64,000 nucleotides of DNA from Eledone cirrhosa (lineage: Eukaryota): the NCBI GenBank assembly GCA_964016885.1, contig OZ024741.1, forward strand, positions 261,702,001 through 261,766,000. Reading direction: 5' to 3'. Every line of letters begins with the position of its first letter. Position 1 is the stretch's first letter. Of the stretch, positions 45,285 through 59,417 are shown piece by piece. Both the position numbers and the translations under genes were made by a program. A model generated the notes under the pieces. That model made no database searches and was not told where the DNA came from. It saw only the letters and a program-made list of their open reading frames with translations.

Positions 45285-46776
45285 TTTTCCCTGCTTCCTA
45301 GGTGCCGGAAGCTATCAACCACTTCTATAGAACCCACTTGCATTTGAAAAATGTGTCTATCACTGCGATTACTACTGTCAACTATCCCTGTACATCTACT
45401 GCATACGTAGTTTTCCCTACCTGTTAGTTTGCCTGTTATTCTACTACATCTCTTGTGTACCCAAGATCTGCATTGCGTACATTTTATAGAATTTATGCCA
45501 GTTCCTTTTCTACATATCGAACACGGTCATTTCCTCGATGGAATCAGAGTATTGTCCTCTCTTCTACTTATCAACACTTTTGTCTTAGCTATGTTCACTC
45601 TCAGTCCTCTTGATTCCAACTGCTGTTTCCATAGCCAGAATTTCTTCTCTAGCTCCTCTACTGATTCTGCTATAAGAGCCAGATCATCAGCAGAGAGAAG
45701 TTCCCATGGGCATCCAGTCTTAAACTCCTCCGTTATGGCTTGGAGGACTATAATGAACAAGAGCTGCTGAGGACCCAACCCTGATATACTCCTACTTCTA
45801 TCTGGAATTCCTCGCTATAAACACCATTCCTACTCTCACTTTACTGACAGCACCTCTGTACATAGCTTGCAATGTCCTCACAAGCCATTCTTCTACACCT
45901 TGTTTCCTTAGGGACCACCAGATGACAGATCGGGGTACCCTATCAAAGGCCTTCTCTAGGTCAACAAAAGCTAACTATATATATATCATCATCATCATCA
46001 TCATCATCATCACGGTTTTACGTCCGTTCTTCCACGGTAGCATGGGTTAGACGGGTTGTCCTGTTGTGAGCAGTGTCCAGTCGACTGACCTTGTCTTACT
46101 CATACAGGAACTGATTCTGGCTTGATTTCTACAGCTGGATGCCCTTCCTAACACTAACCTGGGTGCTCTTTTTCCGTGGCGCCTACACATCCACTTTGGG
46201 GGGCGCGGGGTGGGGTGGGGGCATATTGTCTATATACTTAAGCTTCGGCTTGTTCCTGTGGGAAGTCAGGTGTTCTGTATTATTGCATGATGCCAGAGGT
46301 CACGGTCGTGTGTCATTGCCCTTGAGAGGTGCAATTGGGTAAGGTCGGCTTCTATCCCCTCAGCCCAGGTCTTCTTGGGTCTTCCCACGCCGCAGCTTCC
46401 ATCGACTTCTAGTGCTCTGCACCTTTTTATGCAGCTGTCATCCTTCATAGGCATCACATGTCCATACCAACATAACCTCCTCTTCTGCACATAGCATTTG
46501 ATTCCTCTTATGTTCAGTCTCTCTTTCAATTTGTTTACGCTTTGCCGTTCGCGTATATTTCTATTACACATCCATCGGAGCATGCAAGCTTCGTTTCTTT
46601 CTAATCTGCGCAAGTCTTCTACAGACAGCGCCCAAGTTTCATTACCATGTAACATTGGTGTTCGTATACACGCATCATGCAGTCTACCTTTCATTTTGAG
46701 GGAAAAGCCTTTTGCAGCTAGTAGTGGCAGTAGCTCCCTGAACTTCTTTCATCCCGTTCTTACCCTAGTTATTGTA
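45250..46776 (-). mobile_element. RTE LINE fragments
   Basis: 45300-45975 matches the RT at 34670-35345; 46266-46776 is the C-terminus of a diverged RTE. Confidence 0.85.
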
Positions 46777-46779
46777 CTT

Positions 46780-46979
<200 letters not shown>

Positions 46980-47404
46980 GTCCATGTATGTGTGTGTTTG
47001 TGTTTACATATGTAAATCAATATAGAACTCATCACAGAGGAATCAAAAGTCAAAAGAAATTCTTTAAAAAAAAACGGTGGTTATATTTGTATATGTGGAT
47101 TGGTAGTATCAGTAGAGGGTCGGACGCCATGCTTTCCAGCATAGTTACGTCCCTTTACGATCTGAGTTCAAATCCCGCCGAGGTTGACTTTGCCTTTCAT
47201 CCTTACGGGGTCGATAAAATAAAGTACCAGTAATGCCCTGGGTAATTGCTGGCCTTGTGCCTAAAGTAGAAACATATATTTGTATATAGGAAGATATGTT
47301 TTAACGTTGTCTCTTCAACTATAAACCTCCTTCATAGAAAAAGAAAGAGAGAACAAAGTCTAACCTCTAAAGTATGTAGTCATGCTTTTTATAATGTGAC
47401 AAAC

Positions 47405-47562
47405 CTGCAATGTACGATTAATGGAAATGTTGCTCCTCCTCTATATTTTATTGCATTTCTCAACTCTAAAATATATTCGGGATGTTGTGGGATGCTGTGA
47501 TCAGGCCATTTGTTAAAAAGGAAATGATCAATTGTCCAACTTTCATCTTTATCTAGAGTTGG
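47405..47562 (-). CDS. Receptor-type PTP, D1 exon with WPD loop (...FNKWPDHSIP...PLIVHC/S)
   Basis: WPD and VHC motifs within ORF 47389-47616; ttacag acceptor and gtttgt donor; the Ser codon is split AG|T as is usual in PTP genes. Confidence 0.95.
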
Positions 47563-48390
47563 CTGTAATTGAAATATGAAACAGTGTAAAATGAAACCTA
47601 TATAGTAATATAACATAATAATGTAACATATTGATACAATATAACATATAATGTAACAAATTAATACGTAACAATATTATAATGCTGTACTATATAATGT
47701 TGATTTTTTTATGTTATGTGGTTTAAGTTTTATTCCATAACTCTACATAAATTCTCTTTCAAGACAAAATGCTGCATTAAATTTGTGATTACACATGAAA
47801 TATAATTGAGTTTAATGATTACTGAGACAAAGCTGATATGTAATGACAATCTCAAATAATTCTTTCTATTTGTGGCACAGGACCAACAAGACAATCTGAA
47901 ATAACAAAGGATCGCCTAGGTAGTCTTTCAAATTGCTAGAAACAACAACCAATACTCTTTGCAATCATAAATAAGTGTCCTAAAAAAGAAATGACACACT
48001 GGATAATCTAACAAAAACCCAGCAATTCGATAAATAGAGATCAATAAAGTACCAGCCTGAACACATTACCAGAGACACATTACATATGATAGACTTAAAT
48101 TTGAAATCGTTCTCCAACATAATGACAGTCAATTGACTGAAACCAGTGAAAGTATAACATATTAAGTATATATTTCTCCCTTCTTCCATTTCTGTTTATT
48201 TTAAACAATAATTACAATTGTTAAAATATTTCCTTCAAAGATTTTATATATTTGATATCTTCCAGTATTGAAAATTACATTCAGATGTCACTCACACTTG
48301 AAATATTTCACATGACGTTTGTCTGCTCTTTGAGGCCTTTACATCTCTTATTTCCTTTTACATATTTTGAGATATCATAGAAATATTTAC

Positions 48391-48513
48391 CTTGGAAATA
48401 ATAAATCTTCGGTGTACATAGCTTGAATGCCAACTAGCAGTGATATGTGTAACTTGGATAGTGCCAAATGACTTTATTGACTGTTCATCTGGCCAATATT
48501 GTATACATTTCAT
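48391..48513 (-). CDS. Receptor-type PTP, D1 exon (MKCIQYWPDEQSIKSFGTIQVTHITASWHSSYVHRRFIISK)
   Basis: KCxxYWP motif; ctccag acceptor and gtaaat donor; 123 nt, phase 0/0. Confidence 0.95.
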
Positions 48514-49098
48514 CTGGAGAGAAAAGAAATTTATTAAATTAATACTTCTAAATATGTTTTATTAATAAAAATAATAAAAAAATCGTAAACAAATCTATTT
48601 CAAAAATACAACAACACCACAGTTATTTAAAAACGGAAATGAATAGAAGGGCAAGGACTCCAGGGTTATAGAAGAAAAGGAGGGGGAACAGTTGTCACCA
48701 AATGTAACTGAACCGGAACACCAATGTGTCTCTCAACAGAGAATCATAGGACGTTGAGGAACACAAGCAACAACTACCACTGCAACAATAATTCCCATCC
48801 CACCTAAACACCATGGGATATATTTATTACAAGATTCGAGTTGAAAAATACTCAAACCCATTTACCATCATTATGAATTGCTGATCTAAATTAGTGAAAA
48901 TATTTAAATATTTAAATATAATAAAATTACGTCTGTGTTATTAACACAGATGTAATTTTATATAGACACTTTTCCTACTCTATCAAGTGTTAAACTAGTA
49001 TATATCTTCATTGTAATGTATTGTTTGATTTATTTGTTTTCAGTGACGTTTTGCATATATATATATATATGTATACATATATATATATATGTATACAT

Positions 49099-49362
49099 CA
49101 GTGGCGAAGGGTAACCTGGAAAGCAGGGCATGCAGTCCAATCGGAAAGTGGCGGAAAGTGGGTATGTGCAGACTTAACCCCCCCCCCCCCCCCCGATCAA
49201 AGCCGCATGTAGTGCTATCTAGTTTGTGTGTTATCTTTTTTTGTGTCTATACGTTTTAGTAAGCAGCCAAAATTCTGCTTGCTTCAACCGACGCAATTGA
49301 TCAACTCAAGATTCTATAACGCATGCACTGCATGCGTTGCATGCACGGACCTTTCGCCACTG
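49099..49362 (+). mobile_element. hAT-like MITE
   Basis: TIRs CAGTGGCGAAGGGT / ACCTTTCGCCACTG; 8 bp target site duplication GTATACAT / GTATACAA. Confidence 0.85.
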
Positions 49363-49385
49363 GTATACAAGTATATATATATATG

Positions 49386-49468
<83 letters not shown>

Positions 49469-49949
49469 TGTTATACTTTGGGAGGGTCATGTTGCCAATA
49501 AGAAACACACGCACCAGTTGCTTTCACTTCAATTTATTATATATTTATAAATTTATAAATTTACAAATCTACAAACTTATAAATTTCTGGTTGGTTGGTT
49601 GGTTCCACAACCAGATAGTTGTTTATATATAGTCATAGTCCTTTCGTCACACACTCTGTGACCTCTTCAGTGACTGGGGATTCCTTTCTTTGTTTCTGTG
49701 CCTTTCCTTTCTTCTATCCTACGCTATTTTGTTTCTGTGTGTGTGTTGTGTGCTCAGTTTGCGCATGCGCCACATCCGGGTGTCTGTGTGTGTTTGTGTT
49801 CATTTATCTATTTGTTTATTTATTTATTTATTTATTTTTGGTTGGTTGTTTGTTCTATATGTGTGTGTGTTTTCATTTTGTCCTGTGTGTGTTTTCATTT
49901 TGTCCATAATTGTAAGTTGTGATGTTGCTGTTCCACTCATATTTTCTAT

Positions 49950-52113
49950 TTAATTTGGTTGTAATTCTTTTATGCTTACTGCCTCTGTAATTTGCCTAAA
50001 CATTGCATCTTTTCTGTGTGTGGATTCTATTTTTATTTCTATGTTCTCTAATCTACCCCTGTGTTCTATCTTAGCATGTTGGTAGAGCACAGATGATTCT
50101 TTATTATCTTGAAGGTCTCGCCAGTGTTCATTTATTCGTTCCCCTATACTACGAGCTGTCTCACCTATGTACACTATATTTTTGTTTCTACATTGTCCTT
50201 CAGTACATCTTATGCTATACACTACATTTCTAGTTTTACAGTTAATATGGGGGCTTATTTTACAGGTTATACATTTCTTATCTATACATGAGGATCTTTG
50301 AAACGGGTATGTCTTGCTAATAAGTGTTTTTACGGAAGTACCTGGTCTTTCTACTATCTTAATATTGAGTTTATGTTTATTTAGGGCCCTTCTAAATTTG
50401 TAGGCTAGTTCGCCTCTAGGGGTTGTATTGATGAACATTACACTCTGGTATTTATTGCTATCATACCATGAGTTTATTCTATTGGCCTTGTTCCTAGTTC
50501 TTTCTATTCTATTCCAAAATTTGCTCCTATACAAGGGGAAGGTCCCATTTATGTCATTATTTACCATTTTTTCCCATTTGGTTCTGGCTCCTCTATACAC
50601 TCTGATTCTATCTCTCTGATTGTAACCAGAGAACTGCATACGGTGGATGAAGTGTTGTATGTGTCTCTCTAGTTCTTCGGGGTTGCACATGCGGGACACA
50701 TTTCTCATCACCCGTACCAAATCCGCAATCAGTATGTTGATTTTGGTATGGTCCGAAATGGCCGAGTTTCGGTGGATCAAATGTTTGGAAGTCATGGGTT
50801 TGGCATAATGGGAATGGAGGATTTGTTTTTGGTTGTTAATGGTATCTAACCAGAGCTCTGTGTCTAGTACAGGTAATCGATGGTTGGGGTGTCTACTTGG
50901 GTAGTCTATAGTAACTCTAATGCTCTGGTGGATGGAGTTTGCTATTTGCTGGATGCTTTCCATTGTATTTTTCTCTAGTTCCTGACTGTTCTTTAGTGGG
51001 GGTGTCTTAACTACGATGTTTATATCATCTACGTAGCGGGAGTACATTATCAGGGTTAAGCTGTCTTCTAATTGTTCTTTAAGTTTTTGTTTAAGTCTAC
51101 TGTCCCACCATACCATGAATAAGTTAGCTATGTCGCCTGCAATGCTAACACCAATGGCTGCTCCTTCCCCTTGGGCATATGTTTTACCATTAAATTTGAA
51201 CATATGTTCCTTAAGGGTTAATTTTATGCTGGCCCCTACCGCATGTGCAATCATTTTCTTCAGTTCATCGTGGTTTTCGGGTGTCCGTATGGCTCTGGTC
51301 CACCCGTTCCATCTATCTGTGTGGGTTTTCTTGGCCATTGAGGTAATGGTAGGTGGTCTGCCTCTTGCTGGTCTTGTAGGGCACAGGTTGCTAAGGTCAT
51401 AAGTGTCTAGGTAACTATTACTATGGGTAAGCTTAAGTAGAAGTCCCAGCTCACTGGTATCAATCCCACGGAACTCAACCTTGCTCTCGCTGATCATTTC
51501 TACGCATTTCTCCACAGCAAAATCCACGTCAATAGATGGATACAGGGACACAACATCCATACTGCCTATTATGCAGTTTGTTAGGTCCCCAGATCGGTTA
51601 CTCGCGCCGATTCTGCTGAGGAGGTCCTCCGTGCTGTCACATACATCTGGGGACATCTCAATGATGGGGCGTATGATCAGGGAGAGGAAGTAGGACAGTC
51701 TGTAGTTACTAGCAATGTTAGCTCCACAGACTGGCCGTGTTGGTGGTCCCGCGACAGGGTCACAGCCCGTTTTATGGTCTTTTCGAAGCCCATACAACGC
51801 CGGCACGTCATTGTTCCAGGCCTGGAAGTTGTTGGCAGTCCTTTTGTTGGGCTGCATTATATTCGTCCACATCACCATATGGGCATTGAGGGCTTTTTCT
51901 CTATCCTCATGCTCCTGTGGTGTTACCTTTCTTGTGTTAGTGATGTGGGGTTGCATTGCCTGGATGTAGTTTGGCAGGCTCTCAACCGACATTCTGCCAG
52001 ACTTGTCTGTTGGAAAGCATGCTATCTCTCCATTACGCGAGCGCTGCATGAGCTTACGCAAGCCATTTGCAGATTTTTCTCCCAGTTGCTTGGCCTCTAT
52101 TCTATTATGCTTC
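49950..52113 (-). CDS. PLE RT + GIY-YIG, open frame lacking the N-terminus
   Basis: TDKSG, YGLRKDHK, RPVCGA, SMDVVSLYPS, GAAIG, RYVDD, VLD, VYSIRC..YIGET. The first about 80 aa of the 800 aa ORF call are antisense copy. Confidence 0.9.
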
Positions 52114-53105
52114 TTGGACGAATATAATGCAGCCCAACAAAAGGACTGCCAACAACTTCCAAGCCTGGAACAATGACGTGCCGGCGTTGTATGGGCTTCG
52201 AAAAGACCATAAAACGGGCTGTGACCCTGTCGCGGGACCACCAACACGGCCAGGAGCAAATTTTGGAATAGAATAAAAAGAACTAGGAACAAGGCCAATA
52301 GAATAAACTCATGGTATGATAGCAATAAATACCAGAGTGTAATGTTCATCAATACAACCCCTAGAGGCGAACTAGCCTACAAATTTAGAAGGGCCCTAAA
52401 TAAACATAAACTCAATATTAAGATAGTAGAAAGACCAGGTACTTCCGTAAAAACACTTATTAGCAAGACATACCCGTTCCAAAGACCCTCATGTATAGAT
52501 AAGAAATGTATAACCTGTAAAATAAGCCCCCATATTAACTGTAAAACTAGAAATGTAGTGTATAGCTTAAGATGTACTGAAGGACAATGTAGAAACAAAA
52601 ATATAGTGTACATAGGTGAGACAGCTCGTAGTATAGGGGAACGAATAAATGAACACTGGCGAGACCTTCAAGATAATAAAGAATCATCTGTGCTCTACCA
52701 ACATGCTAAGATGGAACACAGGGGTAGATTAGAGAACATAGAAATAAAAATAGAATCCACACACAGAAAAGATGCAATGTTTAGGCAAATTACAGAGGCA
52801 GTAAGCATAAAAAAATTACAACCAAAATTAAATAGAAAATATGAGTGGAACAGCAACATCACAACTTACAATTAAGGACAAAATGAAAACACACACAGGA
52901 CAAAATGAAAACACACACACACATAGAACAAACAACCAACCAACAATAAATAAATAAATAAATAAACAAATAGATAAATGAACACAAACACACACAGACA
53001 CCCGGATGTGGCGCATGCGCAAACTGAGCACACAACACACACACAGAAACAAAATGGCGTAGGATAGAAGAAAGGAAAGGCACAGAAACAAAGAAAGGAA
53101 TCCCC

Positions 53106-53150
53106 AGTCACTGAAGAGGTCACAGAGTGTGTGACGAAAGGACTATGACT
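53106..53150 (+). ncRNA. Canonical minimal type I hammerhead; identical copy on the minus strand at 49631-49675
   Basis: AGTCA-CTGAAGA-G-GTCACagagtgtGTGAC-GAAA-GGAC-TA-TGACT; perfect 5 bp stems I and II. Confidence 0.85.
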
Positions 53151-53370
53151 ATATATAAACAACTATCTGGTTGTGGAACCAACCAACCAACCAGAAATTT
53201 ATAAGTTTGTAGATTTGTAAATTTATAAATTTATAAATATATAATAAATTGAAGTGAAAGCAACTGGTGCGTGTGTTTCTTATTGGCAACATGACCCTCC
53301 CAAAGTATAACAATATCGGTTTCAACACACAATTTCAGATAAAGAAACTTGCTAAACAAATTCAGAAACG

Positions 53371-53444
<74 letters not shown>

Positions 53445-53466
53445 ACATATATATATACATATATAC

Positions 53467-53500
<34 letters not shown>

Positions 53501-53507
53501 GTATACA

Positions 53508-54040
53508 TAGTATCTAGAAAAAGGACGGGTTGGAAGATGTTTAGGGAGCTGCTTCCTTTGTTGACAGAGAAGGGTTTCTCCCTGCATACGAAAGGATGGT
53601 TATATGATGCCTGTGTGAGATGCACGATGCTGCATGGTAGTGAGACATGGGCGACAACTGCAGAGGATATGCGACGGCTGGAGAGAAATGAAGCAAGTAT
53701 GCTCCGTTGGATGTGCAATGTCAATGTGCGTAACCGACCAAGTATGGAGAGTTGAGAAAGAAACTGGGTATAAGGGGGATAAGTTGTGGTGTGCAGGAGA
53801 GAAGGCTGAGATGGTATGGACATGTGATGAGCATGGAGGATGACCGCTGGGTAAAGACGTGCCAAGAAATCCCAGTAGAAGGAAGACTCAGCAGAGGGAG
53901 ACCACATAAAACATGGGCGGAGGTGGTGAGAGCAGACCTCAGATCGCTGAAACTCACCGAGGAGATGACGCTGTGCTGAATAGGACCCGTCCAACCCTTG
54001 CAAGCAGGGAAAAGTGGACGTAAAATGATGATGATGATGA
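53508..54040 (+). mobile_element. RTE LINE 3' fragment with (GAT)n tail
   Basis: Matches 35385-35950. Confidence 0.9.
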
Positions 54041-54509
54041 TATATATACATATATTTATATATATATACATACATATATATATACATGTAGTGAATTAGA
54101 TTCACATGTTAGAGAATTGTTAGATACATGTTAGAGAATTGGATTCACAATCTTGAGGTTGTTATTTCGATTTCTGGATCGGGCGATGCATTATGTCCTT
54201 GAGCAAGACACTTTATTTCACGTTTCTCCTTCTACCTGGAGTTGCGACCTATAGATAGTATTAGCAACTGGAAAGACCGACGAAAACATTGTTTCTCCGG
54301 TCCGATTGGACGAAAGTCGATCGATCCTTTTATATATATATACATACATATATATATACATATATATACATATATATACATATATATACATACATATACA
54401 TATATATTTATATATATACATATATATATGAACATACATGTATATACATATATATATATATACACACATATATATACATAATATACATACATATATATAT
54501 ATATATATA

Positions 54510-55880
54510 TACAAGTTAAGAATAACATGGTTGACAAAACAAACAAGGAAATTTATTTATAGTCTTACAATTGTTTCTATGGTAGAATTGTTTATAAATT
54601 GCTAAATACTGGAGAAGTATAAATCAACTTACAATACATCTAAATCCAACCATTTCCTCAGAAACCATTAAGAAGTATAAAATATATGCGTAATGGTAAA
54701 CTTAAAAATTCAAACTACTACATCAATACTATTGTTAATGATAAATAAATAAAGGAAGGTAGACAGATGGAAATGAGAGAGAAAGACAGAAAGAAGGAGC
54801 TAAGATATAATTAAAAGTATAACCTATCGTATTAAAATACATATGATATTGATGATAATAAAGATATGTGTAGAGAAGGAGAGAGGGAGGGGAATATATC
54901 ATAGGCAAAGAGGAAGGATAAGTAAGGAAGATGAGAAAGAGATAGAGGAAGATTGAGAGTGATGAGGGAGTAGAGGGGATAGAAATTAATCAAGAATATG
55001 GGGAAGTGTAAGAAGAGGGAAGAGACAATATAGAAGAGAAAATTAATATTCGGATATGAAGAATAGAGAGAAGAAGAAAATAAACACACGGATGAGTATA
55101 CATTACTATGAAAAATAGCTAGTTTGAGATTTATTATATAATAAGATAAAATGATCGAGATAGGATATGTTTAAGTGTAGAGATATAAAGACACATGGTG
55201 AAGATATAAGGTAATAAATGATGTAAATATAAATAAAAAATAAAAATAAAAATAATTGTTTCTACTTTTGGTCAGCAATTACACAGTGTATTACTGGTAC
55301 TTTATTTTAACAACCCCGTAAGGATGAAAGGCAAAGTTAAACTCGGCGGGATTAAAAATAATGATGTTAATACAAATGTTTTTAGGTTATTCATACATAG
55401 TTCTGAAGTTTGTTGTAATTTGATATGGTAATAAGTTCTAGAAGTTTTAAAAGGAATAAGGAGAAGAACGTGGAGTTAAGTTCAGGAACTTAGATGCTGA
55501 TTTATGCCAGCAAAAAATAGTTCGCTCAATACTACTGTTAAGAAGGGTTTTACTAAAATTAAGAATTTGGAAGAGCTCCATATTACAGAGCCTACAATGG
55601 GACATACCAGTTTGATAGGCTTTAGCAGACGAGAGTATTTTCCAGCTGATCTCGTATTTAGCGCCTGCATTTTTGAGTTGCCATATTTTATTCGCGAGAA
55701 TTGTTGTATTTGATTGGTTCTTATTAATCATAGAATGTCTGTGCACATACCACCGTTTTTTGAAAACATCAGCTGTGGAACCAATGTAATACCATGCCAA
55801 ATTACCTGAGTTGATAGTACATAAGTATACTAAGTTTTTCTCAGGGCATCTGTTTAGTAGAGGGCAATTGTCGGGTAATA
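54510..55880 (-). mobile_element. PLE 3' fragment (GIY-YIG, UTR, pLTR) interrupted by a SINE piece
   Basis: CPLLNRC..LVYLC..YYIGST..RWYVH..CRLCNME at 55447-55875. Confidence 0.85.
54561..54666 (-). ncRNA. Hammerhead motif with long stem II insert
   Basis: GGTTT-CTGAGGA-A-ATGG..CCAT-A-GAAA-CAATTG-TA-AGACT. Confidence 0.65.
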
Positions 55881-55949
55881 TATATATATATTATATATAT
55901 ATATATATATAATATATATATATATTATATATATATTATATATATTATA

Positions 55950-56035
<86 letters not shown>

Positions 56036-56688
56036 AATATGGCTTTTCTTTGAAAGAATGTGGCTAAATATATCGTTTTAATATAATTGTAGAATAATTA
56101 ACTTCCGGAAACTAGGCCTCATATATTAAAAAAAAAAATTCCAACCATTTCAGCTTTATCAGAAATTTGATTGTGAAAGGTGCTTTGTTAAGATTATCCA
56201 CACTTTCTGAGAATGAAAATATTTCCAATGTACATTCGTATTATTACAATGAGGCTATGAGTAGGTCCTGAATTTAAAATAAAATAGTTTTCATGCCTAA
56301 TGCAAGGGACTCACACAATTTTGCTTCATTTAGTACAACATTTATTCCAGAACTGGCCTTTATATTAAGGAATACAAACAGCCAATCTAAACACTATATC
56401 ATATACATCAACCAGTCTACTGAACATCCAGCAAGAATGAGTAATAACATTAGATTAACCAATGTCCCTACATATCCCCAAACACATGGCTGAAAATGTA
56501 AACAAACAACTTGAGCCTATGCGTAGGAATCAAAATTACAATAACAAGATAGAAATCGATGAAGCACAAAAAAGAACCCAAATGGGAATATGCACCCACC
56601 CAAGGGCTAAAATGATTGAACCATCAAAACAAACAGTACAGGAAAAATCCCTCCGGCATTTCTCTCCATACAGAACACAAGTGAGATC

Positions 56689-56745
<57 letters not shown>

Positions 56746-57282
56746 ATAATAATAAATTTGAAGACTAAAATCCAAAGAGGGCTCGATAAGGATAAATATA
56801 TATCAAATATATAAGAACCGTAGAGCAAATATTTATTAAAATAACATTAAAGTTTAAGCAAAGAATCGCTGCTTTCCCCCTTAACGGGATCTTCTGAAAC
56901 TAACAAAGAGATTATCAGTCTACGACTTCTTTTATACCATAAACGTGGTTTTGTCTTTGCGTGTAATTGTTTTTCACCGCTCCGTTCTTTGCCAGGGAAC
57001 GTTTCCACGAACCAAAGAATCGTCTTCCTCCGGTTGCAACGTTTTTTGAAATATCCACTTCTGTGTTTACAGATTGACTTTGTTAGTTTCAGAAGATCCC
57101 GTTAAGGGTGAAAGCAGCGATTCTTTGCTTAAACTTTAATCTGTTATTTTAATAAATATTTGCTCTACGGTTCTTATATATTTGATATATATTTATCCTT
57201 ATCGAGTCCTCTTTGGATTTTAGTCTTCAAATTTATTATTATTACTATTTGGCTCCCTCGGTTGAGCACTCTATTTACTTAT

Positions 57283-59417
57283 ATGATCATGCAGAAACAA
57301 CATCTGAATATTTCTACAAAGAACATACCCGTACCAAGCAGGAAAACATACCTAAAACTCCTGATACAGAAAACAGACGCGTTCATTAAAAGGTTGCGTT
57401 GGCGTTCCTTTTATTTCGATAATCCGCGAAAAGCAGACAACAAACAGGATAAATTTGGGTTTAAAACCTATAATAACCCTCCGTGTAACCCAGCATTGCT
57501 ACTCTTCAAAAATGATGTCTTGGAACTCATACGGAGTATCAAATTTCGGAATAGGAGCAATTCCTTCCAGCAGGACCTGAAGAATAGAATTCGTTCTATT
57601 AAGGATTCTAATGCCGTGCACGTCCATTCCGACAAAACTGGCAACCTATATCAAGTAGAGTGCAGTACTTACCATCAACTACTACATAATGCTGTAACTA
57701 AGGATTACCGTAAAACTAATCGGTGCGTCATCAATGATATCAAGGATGGTGGGTTTAAAATCACCTCTGATCTCAACATCCTGGACCGGACCGAACCCCT
57801 GGACCCTATTTCTCCCCACTTTACCCTGAAGGATCACAAATCGAATTTTCCGAACAACCCCTCTATTCGGCTTATTAACCCTACAAAGTCCGATTTAGGT
57901 AGACTTAGTAAAAGGATTCTTGATAGAATCATACCTGAAATTAGAAGTTTGGCCCCTCTTGCACTGTGGAACAATTCTTTTGCGGTGATTGATTGGTTCA
58001 ACGGCATATGCAACAAGGAACATTGCCGTTTTATCCAATTCGACATCAATAATTACTACTCCTCTATCACTTTACCACTTCTCTTTAGAGCTATCAATTT
58101 CGCTAAAACACTCACAGAGGTTAAGGATTTCGAAGTTGATATCATCCCCATGCCCGTAAGTCGGTGATTAATTTCGACGACTCTATTTGGATAAAAAAAT
58201 CCAATAGTACCCCATTCGACGTGAGTATGGGCGCCAGCGATTCTGCGGAGGTTACTGATCTTATCGGCCTTTTCCTTCTTTTCTCTATCAAGGACGAATT
58301 CCCCAACGCGGGCGGTGGTTTGTACCGTGATGACGGTCTTTTGACCATGACTAAGTGCGGCCCTCGTGCTTGCGACAGGTTCAGAAAAGAACTCATAGCC
58401 TTCTTTAAAGGCTTCAACCTCTCGATACAGTTTGAGGCCAACCTCTCGGTCGTTAATTACCTCGACGTTACCCTCAATTTATCGAATGGCTTGTATTACC
58501 CGTATAGAAAGCCGAATGATACGCTTAATTACATAAGTAAGCATTCCAACCATCCTGCCAGCATACCCATGAACCTGGTAAGAAACGTTTCGTTGAGGCT
58601 TTCCTGTCTATCTACTAACGAGCATATTTTCAACGACCATTTCACATATTACAATGAAGCTCTTGCTCGGAGTGGATTTGTCGATAAGGTAGTATATACA
58701 GAGTACGAGAATAGACCTAGAAGAAATAGATCCCGACGCATTATATGGTATAACCCACCATATAATATGGAGGTGGCCACACCATTAGCTAAGATCTTTC
58801 TATCCATTATTACGAAGCATTTTCCCTCTACACATAAATATATTAAAATTTTTAATAGAAGTACTATTAAAATTTCTTACTCTACGACTCCTAACCTTGC
58901 ACATAACACCACAGCTTCAAATTTAGCTAAACTACCTAGCCGTAGGAACACGTGCAACCCTGTAGTTAGTACTAACTGTAATTGTAGGAATTGGGTTGAT
59001 TGCCCCCTATCCGGGAAATGCCTCTCTAGTAACATTGTCTACAAATGTAAGGTTGAAACACCCACGTCCCGTAGGGCCTACATAGGGTTAACCGCCAATA
59101 GATTCAAGCAGCGTCTTTACATGCATACCCATTCTTTTCGTTACCCTCTAAGAAGGAATATGACGTCACTTTCAGCTTATATCTGGAGTCTAAAAGACAA
59201 CCACACCCAATATAAGTTACACTGGGAGATCCTAGCTAGGGCTAGATCGTATAACGGAAACAAAAGACCATGTGACCTCTGCGCCGCTGAGGCCCTGGAA
59301 ATACTCTACGCTACAGACCACATCTTAAACAAAAAATCTGAGGCAATTTCGGCTTGTAAACATAAATTGCATAAAACTTTTCTGTATTACAGCCCCACAT
59401 TATACCCTAACGGATAG
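57283..59417 (+). pseudogene. PLE RT-GIY-YIG ORF, about 710 aa, one frameshift near 58147
   Basis: STKNIPVP, SDKTGN, LKDHK, QFDINNYY, MGASDSAE, LYRDD, NYLDV, CNCRNWVDCPL, VYKC..AYIG, CDLC..CKH. Confidence 0.93.

Larger units (their letters stand above)
49468..53353 (-). mobile_element. Young 5'-truncated PLE with complex inversion
   Basis: Uninterrupted RT-GIY-YIG frame 49950-52113. 52115-52253 is an inverted copy of 51731-51869, and 52254-53310 an inverted copy of 49468-50527. Confidence 0.95.

Noticed and set aside
52114-52352. Novel hydrophobic N-terminus on the 800 aa ORF
   Set aside because: It is the antisense of the inverted duplicated segments.
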